Assembly: GCA_964247055.1 (NCBI GenBank)
Contig: OZ176054.1
Span: 9,548,001 to 9,612,000, forward strand
DNA length: 64,000 nucleotides
Direction: 5' to 3'
Source: Paragordius varius
Lineage: Eukaryota > Animalia > Nematomorpha
Below the pieces are notes generated by a model. It was not told the origin of the DNA, ran no database searches, and was given only the letters and a program-made list of their open reading frames with translations. Shown here piece after piece: positions 12,401-24,600 of the stretch; position 1 is the first letter of the stretch, and each line of letters opens with the position of its first letter. The translations under genes and the position numbers were made by a program.

Positions 12401-15400
12401 AATGAATTAAAAGCTTTTTTTAGATATCAACCGTTCCGTATTTTAATTTGTTTATTAAATAATTTTAAAATGCAAATATTTTATAAAGATAGTGCAATCA
12501 GCTTGATTCCGAAAATATGAAATAATTTTTGATAAGTATACCATTTACACTTCAAGAGTGTCCTTGAAAACTTCAAGTTGGTCCTTGAACACTTCAAGTT
12601 GGCCCTTAAAATTATTAAATTACTTTACTCTCATACCCAACTTGGGAAAATTAAAAAACACTTATATCCATACAGTTGAATGCCTGGTGGGGAGGAAAAA
12701 ATCAAATAAAGGTCATCAAAAAAAATATCAATTTTGGTGGAATAATAAAGTGAAAGAGCATATAAAACAGAAAAATTTGGCACATAAAATTTGGTTCAAA
12801 AAAAAGACACCATTAAATAGAAAATTATATCTAGAATCCAAAAGTTTATGTCGAAAAATTATCAGGGATGCTAAAAATGAAGAAGCGCTAAAGTATGCGA
12901 AAGAAATCTATATTAAAACTAAAAACAAAACTGTATATAAATGGGCTAAAAGCAATAATGATAAAACATCCGCACCAAAATCAGTGAGAGTAAACAATAC
13001 AATAATAAATGATCCAGCTATTGTTAAAAACACCTATCTTACCTACTTTTCGGAAATTTTAAACCTAAACAACCCCATCACTACTCCTATTATATCAACA
13101 CCTACTCAAAGCTTGCCGAAAACCTAACTGAATCAGATATCCATACCGCTTTATGCAAAATGAAAAATAAAAAAACTTCCTGGCCCTTCAGAACTCACGG
13201 CCGACATGCTTAAACTGACTGACCCCCAGATTATCGACTCAGAAAAAAAAATCCCTCCTGACTGGGAAAACAGCCATATCATTCCCATATACAAAAAAGG
13301 AGACCCTCTGCTGCCGAAATCCTACCGTCCAATAAAGTTATTAGATTACACTATGAAAATATATGAAAATGTAATTCTCTCCAAAATCCTGCCCAAATTG
13401 CATTTAAAAGAAATGCAATGCGGGTTCCGGCCAAATAAAAGTACAATAGATGCCATATTCACGCTAAGACAACTTCAAAGCGCATACATCAAAAAATCTC
13501 CTTTATATTACGCTTTTCTTGACATGGAACGAGCCTTTGATGCCATTCCAAGAGATCTAATACCATGGGCTCTTAGGCGTCAAGGCATTGACGAATGGTT
13601 GATAACCTCAATAATGCTCTTATACCGTAATACCAGAGCCCAAATCAAAACCCGGTTTGGACTAAGTAAAAGTTTTTCAATAAAAAATGGACTCCACCAA
13701 GGATCCATATTAAGCCCAACCCTCTTCAATGTCATTATGGAAGAAATAACTAAAGACATCGCAACCGGCATGCCACACCAAATTCTTTACGCCGATGACC
13801 TCGTAATATCATCGCCATCCGAAAGCGACCTCATAGGGAAAATTCGTCTGTGGAATGACACCTTAAAAAGTTAGGGTGTCAAAGTCAATTTCTCAAAAAC
13901 CAAATTAATGTCCGATAATCTCACCGCTAAAAACTCATGCAGCGTATGCAGAAAAGAAGTTAAATCAAATTCTGTACGCTGCAATTCTTGTCTTCTATGG
14001 GTACACAAAAAATGTAGTAGCCTCAAATTTATTAATGATCACGATAAACACTACAAATGCTCGGCATGTTTAAATAATAATAATAATTTAACAATCAACT
14101 CGATTCCCAATCCTTTCAATATGGAAATTGTGAGCAGTTTTTGCTACTTGGGCGATATGATATCAGCCGGTGGAGGAATAGAACATGCAATTAAGCATCG
14201 CATATCACAAATGTGGAAAAAATACCATTCGTTAAAATTAATAATAAATAATAAATTCGTCAAACTACAAACTAAATGTGCCATTTACACTACAGCCATC
14301 CGTCCCGTTCTCACATATGCATCCGAATCCTGGCCGATGTCAAAAACAAATAAATCCAAACTCATAAACGCTGAATCCAAATTATTGAAAACAATATTAT
14401 TTGCACACAATCCCTCTAAATTCAATTACACCGAATCCATAAACCCGTACCATATACTCAATCTCAACCCCATCAACAACGTCATCAGAAATCTCCGGTT
14501 ACAATGGGCTGGACATGTTGAGAGACGGCAAGATAACATTCTTAAAACTATGAAAAATTACTCGGTTGAACTACCAGCGAAATCCGGCCGACCCCATACC
14601 ACATGGCTCAACACAATAACTAATGACCTCAAATCCCTCAATTTAAATCTAGAATTAGCCAAATCAAGAGAAGAGTGGAAAAAACGGGTGTACCGTCATT
14701 TAATGGCGAATCCCCATACAAATGAATGATGATTGATTTAACCATAAATTTTGCATTTATTATTTTATTATTTATTAACCTAATTTTCTTTATTTATTAT
14801 ATATTTATTCATTTATAAATTAATTTTTTTTATTGAAAAACCACTTTTTTGTTTCAAACTATTTTTTTTCAATTGAACAAAAAATGTTTTAAATGAAAAA
14901 TTTTAATTAATAACTCAGAAAACTTATATATATTTCTTTTCGTGTTAAAATCTTATAAATATCCAAAATTATTTTAAAAAATTAATAAAGATATACGGTT
15001 TCTCAAAAATAAAAGTTAATATCGATTTAAAATTTATTTTAAATAATAGAAAATAGGTTAACAATAAAATAGATGAATTATTTAGGATTTGATTAATAAA
15101 AGTAAAAAACAAAACAAAAACAAAGGACCTACTTGAAATGTTCAAGGATCAATTTGAAATGTTCAAGGACCAACTTGAAGTGTTTAAGGACACTCTTGAA
15201 GTGCAAATGGTATATATTGGGTTATACATAAATTTATTGACAAAGTTGACTTTTTTATTTTAAATTATATTGGTTGGCATCTAAAAACCTTTAATATAAC
15301 ATAGAAAATAATTTGTAGTGAATATCTAATAAAAATTTCTTTTTATAATTTAAATGTATATTGTATATGATAAATGCTTATTCCACTCATAAAAACTATA

Positions 15401-18158
15401 ATACAGTATAAAAACTATATCTATTTCTACTTGGCTTTTTTCTCTCGATATGATTACACACTATTTCATGAGCCGTTAAATTGTGCGACAAATTTAATCG
15501 ATATTATTTACTTCATAACTATATAAATGATGTAAGTAAAAGGTTTTGATTTGTGACAAAAAATGAGGTTTATAAACACTAATCATTGCAATAATTGTAA
15601 AATTTATTTTTTTATTGTTCGATTGTGTCGCAATATTAATTAATGATGTCTAAATTTATTGTAGATAATGATATAGAGGTAATTATGATGTCTATAGTGA
15701 AGCAGACACGTTTTAAATCTACTTTTTTAGTGTATAAATTAATCTTTCAACTAATCCATGCGTTCTTGAATGGTATGGCGTAGCCGTAACTTGAAAGTCA
15801 CAATATCTAAATGAAGTCTTTAATATTACCATTGAGATATCTTATACAACGGATTCGCAGCGATACGCCCTGTTCCTTTGAAGCCACTGACAATCGTAAA
15901 CTATTTTTCCCTATCCTTTGCTGCAATGAAATTGTTAGCAGAATTACATCCGATGTGATTTTAAAACAATTGAAAAAATGGTTTTCTAACTATAAATTAC
16001 CAAGAATGTTAATACACAATAATAATTCTTTTAAAACGTCCGATTTCGGAAAAAAGAAAACAAATTGGAAGCTGTACATCCAAGAACAAATGGTAGTAGA
16101 AAGAGTATTAAAACAAGAATTCAATCATCTACGATGACGTCTCCGATTAAAGGTTGGTCAAGAGAGGCTTTGAATAATGTGCTAAGGCCTATCGGAACTC
16201 GTGGCACAGTGAATTGAAAACGAGACCAGAATGATTATTTTAATAATAATATTAATACACAAGAGAATGTTAAAAAATATTGAGCCACCTCACCTATTAT
16301 TACGCTTGATAGAGTTTACGCCAAAGCAACCAAATTTTATAAAAAATGATTTAGCAAAAGGATGGAAGAAACAGGATCTTTATCCTACGAAGTGGTAGAT
16401 AAGCAGGAAGACCACTAAAAAAACATGCAGATCAGCTAAGAGGCGACCAGGGGCGAAGGGTTGGTCAGCAGACCCTCCAGTCATTTTAAGGATATGAGCC
16501 ATCATATTACTATAGTGCGAAAACTAACATGTCACATGTATTGTTCTTAACGCGCATACCATTCTTAGAATCATAACAAGTTTTTATTTATATTGTTTGT
16601 GCATTGACGCACATATCTTATTAGCAAAATGATTAGCATGTTTATTATATAATTAAAATATATAATTCTTGTTTCGAGGAAATGATTAAAATACTATATA
16701 CGCTGGAATATTAGTCTAAAAATTCATTATCATTATTTTTATGATTCAAAATTCTATTAAATGTAAATAACGATTGTTGCATGCATAAAATCATGATATA
16801 ATATAACCATATATTCCGGATATAGGTCATCGGGTCGATAAGCATTAATGTACGAACTTAATTCAGCTTTGATTGCGTCCAAATCGCCATAATCATGATT
16901 GTTGCGATTCAAATGGACAATAATGACCCGTTTGTATGAAATGGCTTCAAAAAGTTGTTTTCGACCCTGAGTATGGGCAAAAAGCCATTCTGATTCTCTA
17001 GAAAAACAAAGGACAGACATATAAAAAATATTTATCTTATTCCAAATACTTATTTTTTTAATAAAATATAATTATTTTTATATATATACTATAAATAATA
17101 TTTAAGGCTTTTAATGCCTAATTTTAAAGAAATGGTCATATACAAAAATTTAACGGATAACAGAAAATTAAATTATGTTAACAATAATAAATAATTTAAA
17201 ACCACATTTTTTATTACTTACCTTCCAACAGGTACTATAAAAACGGCGAATTGATTAGCTTCTTCGCCCTCAAAATTCCGATTGTTCCAAAGAAAAAATT
17301 TAAATCTGTAATTTTGTTCTTGAGCATCACGATAAACTTCAAATTCGGTTTCTTTATTATTGGAGTCATCTAATGACTTTTCGTTGTGTTGTATGTAGGA
17401 TTGTCCATGAACTGCTTGTTTATACATAATCCAATTCATAACTTCGTGAAAATGGTTGAAAGTATACATATCAGAATCGGCATTTTCAAAAACTATAAAA
17501 GATTTTGTAGTTTGGGGGTCCTTATTTATGTAAAAACACATAACAAAAATAGGGAATAACTCGTTTGGTTTATTTATACAATGTGTAACAAGCTTATATA
17601 TGTTGGAATTTTTATTGTTGTGGGCAAAATATACAGCAATTTGTTGTAAGATATGCCGTTGTGCTAAAGTGATACATATATATTTGGATGTGCGTTTTAA
17701 AACACGAAAAATTTCATTCCACATTTTAAACAATACAGTTTTATCTTCTGCCAACGCATCAATAGTTCCCTTATCCAAAACCAGATCAAAAAAGTTTTCG
17801 GCAAATTTCATCTTTGGATTATTATAATTATACCTTAGTTACGTCCATTTTTTCAAACTTAATATTTTCGTTTGATTTCCAAAACTTTGTAACATCTTCA
17901 CTGTTGTCAATACACCATATATTATGAAATCCATTTTTATATAGAGATGAACTTAAATTAGATTTTCCGCAGCCTACTTCAAGTATTTTATCTGATTTTG
18001 AAATATATTTTATTAAAATAGGAAAAATGTCATTAAAGTCGGCGTACCTACAATATATAAATATAAAAATACCATTCAAAATTTTTTTCGCCCAATGAAA
18101 GAGAAAATTTTTCCCAAAATTCAGTTTTGGCGAAATGGGTTGGATCGCATGGAATCAT
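9499..18158 (-). CDS. METTL13: eEF1A lysine and N-terminal methyltransferase (two methyltransferase domains)
   Basis: Exon 1 MIPCDPTHFAKTEFWEKF...NFEW joins YADF...KILEVGCGKS...MDVTK|MKFAENFFDLVLDKGTIDAL, then FAVFIVPVGR|ESEWLFAHTQGRKQL, IPFLSTG..., LLIGLG|GGVLASYL...DIEP, ICDGL...YDCILLDANS...SPPTEF and a last exon GVIITTLLTRD (9499-9797). This matches both MTase domains of METTL13. Confidence 0.93.
9920..10956 (-). mobile_element. Chapaev3-type MITE, family A, copy 2 (in last METTL13 intron)
   Basis: CACTGGACAACAAATTT...AAATTTGTTGTCTAGTG with 3-bp TSD TTT; reverse orientation relative to 23844-24874. Confidence 0.75.
12539..15212. mobile_element. Non-autonomous TIR element with 21-bp subterminal tandem repeats, interrupted by a LINE
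   Basis: 12539-12610 is the reverse complement of about 15124-15212 (TACCATTT..., 3 versus 4 copies of CACTTCAAGTTGGTCCTTGAA). Flanked by TA (or TATA). Superfamily not assigned. Confidence 0.7.
12675..14745 (+). mobile_element. 5'-truncated, decayed RTE-like non-LTR retrotransposon (RT plus PHD-type finger)
   Basis: WWNNKVKEHIK; KMKNKK..PGPS; RT motifs YRPIKLL, QCGFRPNKST, FLDMERAFD, GLHQGSILSP, LYADD; CYLGD; WAGHVER; ends TGATGATTGA. Two frameshifts near 13110-13180 and an in-frame TAG at 13872. Confidence 0.9.
15925..16235 (+). mobile_element. Degenerate LTR-retrotransposon integrase fragment
   Basis: ITSDVILKQLKKWFSNYKLP...NNSFKTSDF and AYRNSWHSELKTRP resemble the retroviral integrase core; broken by stops and frameshifts. 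Confidence 0.5.
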
Positions 18159-18188
18159 AACTTTTATGAAAACGGTTTACAGCCGGCA

Positions 18189-18589
18189 ATGCTTAAACCG
18201 CGTGGTGCCGTTCAAGAGTTGACCAATTTGCGATTACAAAAATTTCTTAAAAAAGAAAATGAATCCAGGCTAGAAAGAGCCGTGCGGCTTTATAATATGA
18301 AACTTTATAGATTTAATCAAAAATTTTGGTTTAAGCACAATTTGGATTTTCAAAAGGTTTAATGTGTTTTGAAGAATCTAGATGCATTTAAAAAATGACT
18401 ATTCTCCAGATTATTATCAGAGTCTATTAATTAAAAATAAAAAACTTAACGATTTTTACAGCAAGTATTTATATTTTTAATCATAGAAAATGGTATAAAT
18501 CTCATTTATTTGTATTGTATCTCAGTTTTTTGGTGATTATGCAAAATTTATATAAATATATTTGTTTCAAATTTATTAATAAATTATAA
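18189..18589 (+). CDS. COA8: Cytochrome c oxidase assembly factor 8 (APOPT1); an upstream in-frame ATG exists at 18135
   Basis: Exons 18189-18356, 18382-18464, 18487-18589 give ...TNLRLQKFLKKENESRLERAVR...FNQKFWFKHNLDFQK|MHL...DYYQSLLIKNKKLNDFYSK|KWYKSHLF. This follows the COA8 pattern SNLRP...ENES.LE...NQ.FW..N..F.K...FY..FL..N......N..WY. Confidence 0.8.
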
Positions 18590-18625
18590 TATATGTTTTG
18601 GAGTGGAGGTTGTTGTTTTATTACG

Positions 18626-21600
18626 TTAGGGCGATCCTGTTCTTATCAAATGTCTTTCTTTATTGCGTCTCAAAGTCACGCATATGAATCGACCATATAT
18701 GAGGGGATTTATACAACTATTAGAAACTGCAAAAAGAAATAGACTTTCTTGGAAAAATCCATTCACTTTGTTGGCTTTTTCGGGGCTAAACCTAATAAAA
18801 AATTAAAAGATCGATCGCTTTTGCTAAAATGTTTCCTTATATATATTTTGAAAACGTTTTTTTATTAACACTGCCGATTAAACACGGTCAAAATTCTATC
18901 AATTTTTGTTAATTTAATATATACTTAATTTTAATGCGACCAGATATTTTGAACCTTGAGGCAGTACAAAATTGAAACATACCTGTTTTTACGCCATCTG
19001 TGTATATATTACACAGTTTTCACAAAAAAATATTCTGATAATTTATATATATATATTATGATAGGAAAATATCAGAAATATTATCGTGCTTTTGGTATAA
19101 CCTTTCCGAGTTATTAAAGAAAATTTACACTTTTGTGGTAGGTGCTCCGTATAAAATTGCAAAAGGTGCGAAATTTTTTCAAAGACATTTTGTAGTAAAA
19201 ACTCAATGCTTTATTATAAAAAATATCACTAAAATATAACATAAACTACATTTAAAAAAGCAAAACAATTTTAAAATCTTATATTAGATGCCTGAAAGTC
19301 CAAAATTTTTAGGCTTTTTAAATTTACTGTCCTAAAGATAACGTAAAATTCTGATATTATGCAATAATTTTAAATATATGCTAAATTTTGATATCAACTA
19401 AATATATTTGTAAAAAATGCATACTTTCAAAACTTTAATTTTTAACAAAATGTTGTACTATATACTATTTTAATATGATGGAAGCTATATAAACGGTTTA
19501 GATGTTATAACACTTTATATATATAACTAGCGTAAATCTCGTGCTGCTACGCAGCCCAAGGAAGTCCTTCGGACTTCTGGGGGGGTTATTTGAAAAAAGG
19601 GACAATAAAATGATCTACATATGTGGATTATTTCGAAACAATATTTAATAGCTATGATCTCATAGGAACCTTAAAACGGTGCATTTATACTAATTTATTG
19701 TTTACTTGGGGGAAAAATAGATTTAAAAAAATATTTTTGTGGACTTTGTTTTTTGAAAAAATGGCATTTTACAGGGGGAGCGGGTAAAAAGAGGGCCTAA
19801 ATCAAAAAAGTGAGTCGACTATGCGCGATCAAAAATAAGTAAACAAATATCATATTTGAAATTGAATGGTCCAACACGTTCTCCAAAAAATTGACTTAAC
19901 CCATTTTTCACACGGGGTGGGCCCGAACTGGGGACCTAATTCCAAAAAAAGGCGAAGCTATTGTCGGGGCATTCATTAATGATTATTTTTTTTCGATATT
20001 TGGATTTGATTGCGTTCACCGGTTTTCCGGAAACAGATCACAAAGTTACATGAGAAATCAGTTTTTCGCGGGTAGCTCCTTACCCAGCAGCTATCATCAA
20101 AGAAACGCTTGACTAAAATTTTTGCCTTTTAACAGGGAACACGTGGAATCCATATTGAATTTTTACGGTCTCATACTTAGGGCGAAAAATAAATTAAAAA
20201 AATTATTTTTGTGGACTTGGTTTTTTTTGAAAAAAATGGCATTTTACGGGGGGAGCGGGTAAAAAGAGGGCTTAAGTCAAAAAAGCGAGACGACTATGTT
20301 CGGCGCAATCGAAAATAACTTAATAAAAATCATATTTGAAATTCAATGATTTAACACGTTCTCCGGAAAATTGTCTCAAAGACACGATTTTTGTGGACTT
20401 CTGTTTTCAAAAAAAAACCGTTTTTCACACGGGGTGGGCCCGAACTGGGGGCCTATTTTAAAAAAAGGGCGAAGCTATTGTCGGGGCATTCATTAATGAT
20501 TATATTTTTTCGATGTTTGGATTTGAATGGGTCTACCGGTTTTCCTGTAACAGTTCACAAAGCCAGCATTTTCCATTTTTATAAATATATAAATTAGATA
20601 AGGCTATACGTTTTTCTCACTCAGAATTATTGTGTTTTTTACAAAAATAAACCTTTAAATTAAAATTCTCAACCTATAGTAATGTTTAACATCATCGATT
20701 AGAAAAACAGTTTTATTATATCTTAAAGCGTTATACGGTTTCTCTCATTCTTCCAAATAGTATGAAGTACGCTCCAACAAAATATCTCACATTTGTTTAT
20801 TCTGCAAAAAAAAATAAAAAATTAATAAAAACTAAAAATTTAAGAAACGAATAAAAAAATATCAAACCTCCCACCTACTGTGTATAGAAAACGTGAGAAA
20901 CTTTTATTTTTTTTTAATACGAAAACAGGTAATTTCGAAATCATTCCATATATAATAAATTTTAAATATGTTATACGGGAATACAATTTTCTATATAATA
21001 ATTTTCCGTTTGATAATATAACAAACATTGAACTTTCTAGACCTGATCAAACATTTATTAAATATCAGAAATTAATTTTGTTAATTTTAAATTTTGAAGC
21101 ACCTCTTTTTGCGAAAGCCCTGAGTGAAAATACATTAACCTGAATCTTACGGTGGAGTCTGAGATTTATAGTTTTGCCACTGTGCGAAAGGCTGCAATCG
21201 TTTGACCGATCCAAAATCCAATTTTATGCATAATTTGAGCAGAAAATGAAATATTAACCAATTAAAAATAAACCAATCTTAGATTTTTACCGCAAAATGA
21301 CAGAGGGTACAATATTAAATTCTAAAATAATTTTTTTGAATAAATAAAAGGTAATTATATATTCATAAAAAATTAAATTTTCTTAATTCCAAAAAGCAGT
21401 ACAAAAGTGGGCGCAGTACAGTCGCAGTTTAATTCTGAAAATCCAGTACTGTACTGCGAAAAAGAGCTTATCTGGTCACATTACTTAATTTGCCATATTT
21501 TTTGCATTATTCGTTATGATGAATTGCGAATAAAAAAGTAAATTTTGATAGACCATATGCTGACATATTTTTTACGATTTCTTACAATTATACCCTGAGG

Positions 21601-24600
21601 TTTTGAAAGCATGTATTATTTAAATGTATATAAGATTAATAAAATCCAATAATATAAAACCTTTTGTTTTATTTGTAATCTATATATTTATAAAAATGGA
21701 AAATGCTGGCTTTGTGATCTGGTACAGGAAAACCGGACCCATTCAAATCCAAACATCGAAAAAATATAATCATTAATGAATACCCCGACAATAGTTTCGC
21801 CCTTTTTTTGAAATAGGCCCCCAGATCGGGCCCACCTCGTGAAAACGGTGTTTTTTTGAAAACAGAAGTCCACAAAAATCATGTCTTTGAGACAATTTTC
21901 TGGAGAACGTGTTGGTCCATTCTATTTCAAATCTATTTTTGTTTACTTATTTTCGATTGCGCCGAACATAGTCGAGTCACTCTTTTGATTTAGGCCCTCT
22001 TTTTACCCGCTGCCCCCGTAAAATGCCATTTTTTCAAAAAACAAAGTCCACAAAATTAATTAATCTATTTTTCGCCCTAGGTATGAGACCGTAAAAATTC
22101 AATATAGATACCACGTATTCCCTGTTAAAAGGCAAAAATTTTAGTCAGGCGTTTCTTTGATGATAGCTGCTGGGTAAGGAGCTACCCGCTAAAAACTGAT
22201 TCCTCATGTAACTTTGTGATCTGGTACCGGAAAACCGGTAGATCCATTCAAATCCAAACTTCGAACCCCCCCAGAAGTCCGAAGGACTTCCTCGGGCTGC
22301 GTAGCAGCACGAGATTTACGCTAGTATTTTAAATAAAATGTATTAGAAAAAATGGTTTTCTCATGCCTATAAAAATTGATATAATTAATTAGTATTGATT
22401 TAATTTAATAATAAAATTAACAAAGATGAAATTAACTCTAATTCTACATAAAGAGTCCAATGTTTACTTTATATTAGATAGAAGTGCTTAGTGTAAAAAT
22501 TTTATGGTATTTTAGGTTATGACCCAATTTTTAAATGATAAATATTACAGAAAATATGGATAGTTTAACATATGTCATATGTTTGTAAATATATATATAT
22601 ATATATATATAATGAAGGCTTTTGCGGTGAAGGGGATTGGGCGTTTTGCAGACTGAAACTATCAAGGTAGATTGACCTGGTTTCAACCCTGATACTGATA
22701 TATATAGCAATGATTATTTAAAATTGTGATATAACACTAAATTGTAAAAAACAATATTTTTTCCAAATCACACCCCAAAAAAACAACACAACTGAATCCT
22801 AAATTTTAATCACAAACAACAGCATTATGTTAGATGATCTTATCCAATTGTTTTAATCCAGGGGCATCTATGAATGGCTTCGCGGGTCGCATTCTCAAAA
22901 AATCAGTTGGGCTGCATTTGAAACAAATATCGGCATTCATAATTGATTTATTAGAATTCATCCGTATATAAAATGCCAACACAGTATGACAATTTTTTCT
23001 AGTTACTGTCAATTGGAAGGAATTATTTCGTAAACTTGTTTGAGAAATATCAATTTTTAAGATTTTCTAAGCATAATTTTGCAAATTATAAATTTCCAAA
23101 TTTTTCGCGGGCCGCACATATGGTCTGAGAAGGCCGCGTTTTGGACGCCTCTGTTTTTATCCAAACTAAATGCGAAAAAATGGATGCAAACGAAATACTC
23201 AACTAATTAAGAAACATGAAAAATAATAATTAATTCATTCAAAGTGTGCAAAAGCGCCTATATTAAAAGCGGAACATATACAATATCAAAATCGTTAAAA
23301 TCGAATTTTCAAATTTTCCTATTGCGTATGAATAGCCAGATATCTTAGATTCAGGCAAGTATGGACCTATAATCGAATTTAACCAATAAAATAAATCTCC
23401 AAAATGAGAGTCTGCTAATTTAAATGGTTACCAATAACAAACTCGATAATGAAAACTTTTGACCAATGAATCCAAACGCGTTAAGAATTGGATGACTATG
23501 ACAGCCTTTCCAGCCAATAATATATCATATGTTTTTCTCTAATTGTTATTAAAATATTAGCACTATCAGAATAAATTCCATTGTGGTTATTTTTGTTCTG
23601 TTTTATTTACCTACAGCGAATATTTGTTTTTGCAGCATTTGTTATATGATTATGAGCGTGATTGACTGCATTAAGCAGTAGACCGACCTAAATTAACTCA
23701 ACAATTCTTCAGTGGAGCATTTAACAGCGTATTAAATCAGATAATTATGGGAAGATACAAAATTTAAGCATCATCGTTGGCCCTTTTAGTTACAGGCGTT
23801 CATACTAAGTTTAAACTGGCTCAAAACTATTGTCATTCAATAACACTAGACAACAAATTTTGACTTTTTATAACTGCCATTCTTGTAAATTTAAAATTTA
23901 TTTCATTAAAGTACATAAATAGTATATCTGAAAAGAAAATTGGTTTACCTAAGAATTTTATTTTATTAGGATTAATCGATGATTTTTGGCTCCGATTTAA
24001 CATTAAACTCCAAATTTTTAAAATTCAAAGTTTTAGATATAAAGCCATGTATTTTATATCATTCGAAAGAGCGCGAAAAACCGTATCTTTCGAATGATAT
24101 TTGGTCATTTAAATCATTCTGATGTAAAGGTTTGGTTTTATATGGTCAATTTTTAATCCTCAAATAAATCAAAAAAAATTTACAGACCTAATTAAAAAAT
24201 CATATAAATTATTTTATAATAAGGGGACACCATAATATTTAAAAAAAATCTTTGAAAAAGCTTTTTGGTTTCGTTTTTTAATAAAAATTATCTTTATCAA
24301 AATTATTTACCTAGTGGATAGTAAAATGCCTAGTTATAAATGTAAATTTAATACATTATGGCTTTAACAGATCAAGAATACCTTTAAATCATAATTCTAT
24401 CTTTCAAGGAAAGTATAAGCTTTCTAACGAAAATAATTGATATTAATATGATGGTATTTAAAAAATATAATTTTAAAAGGCTGATGACATAAAAGCAATA
24501 AATAAGTGTTTTAATCAAAAAAACTTTCGTGTGTTATTTAGATTTATTGCCATCTAAACAAGGTTTGAGCTAATTTTATCCATTAGTTATAAAAAAATAT

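Noticed and set aside
12548-12610. Short periodic repeats (21-bp here, 24-bp at 49112-49183, 27-bp near 40525-40578) as CRISPR-like arrays
   Set aside because: No unique spacers, eukaryotic context and no cas genes; they are TE subrepeats or slippage duplications.
20700-21230. ORFs between the two Helitrons as a nested gene or L1/Tx1 fragment
   Set aside because: Only a weak IWKNERN-like resemblance; frames are short and no splice model works.
20391-21882. Similar ORFs MWTSVFKK... (20391, 21669, 45238) as a repeated gene family
   Set aside because: They are chance open frames within copies of the same non-autonomous Helitron.
22830-23012. 60-aa ORF as an alternative GPCR C-terminal exon
   Set aside because: The true TM7 exon is at 18626-18791; this ORF has no receptor motif and lies next to a hAT-like remnant.
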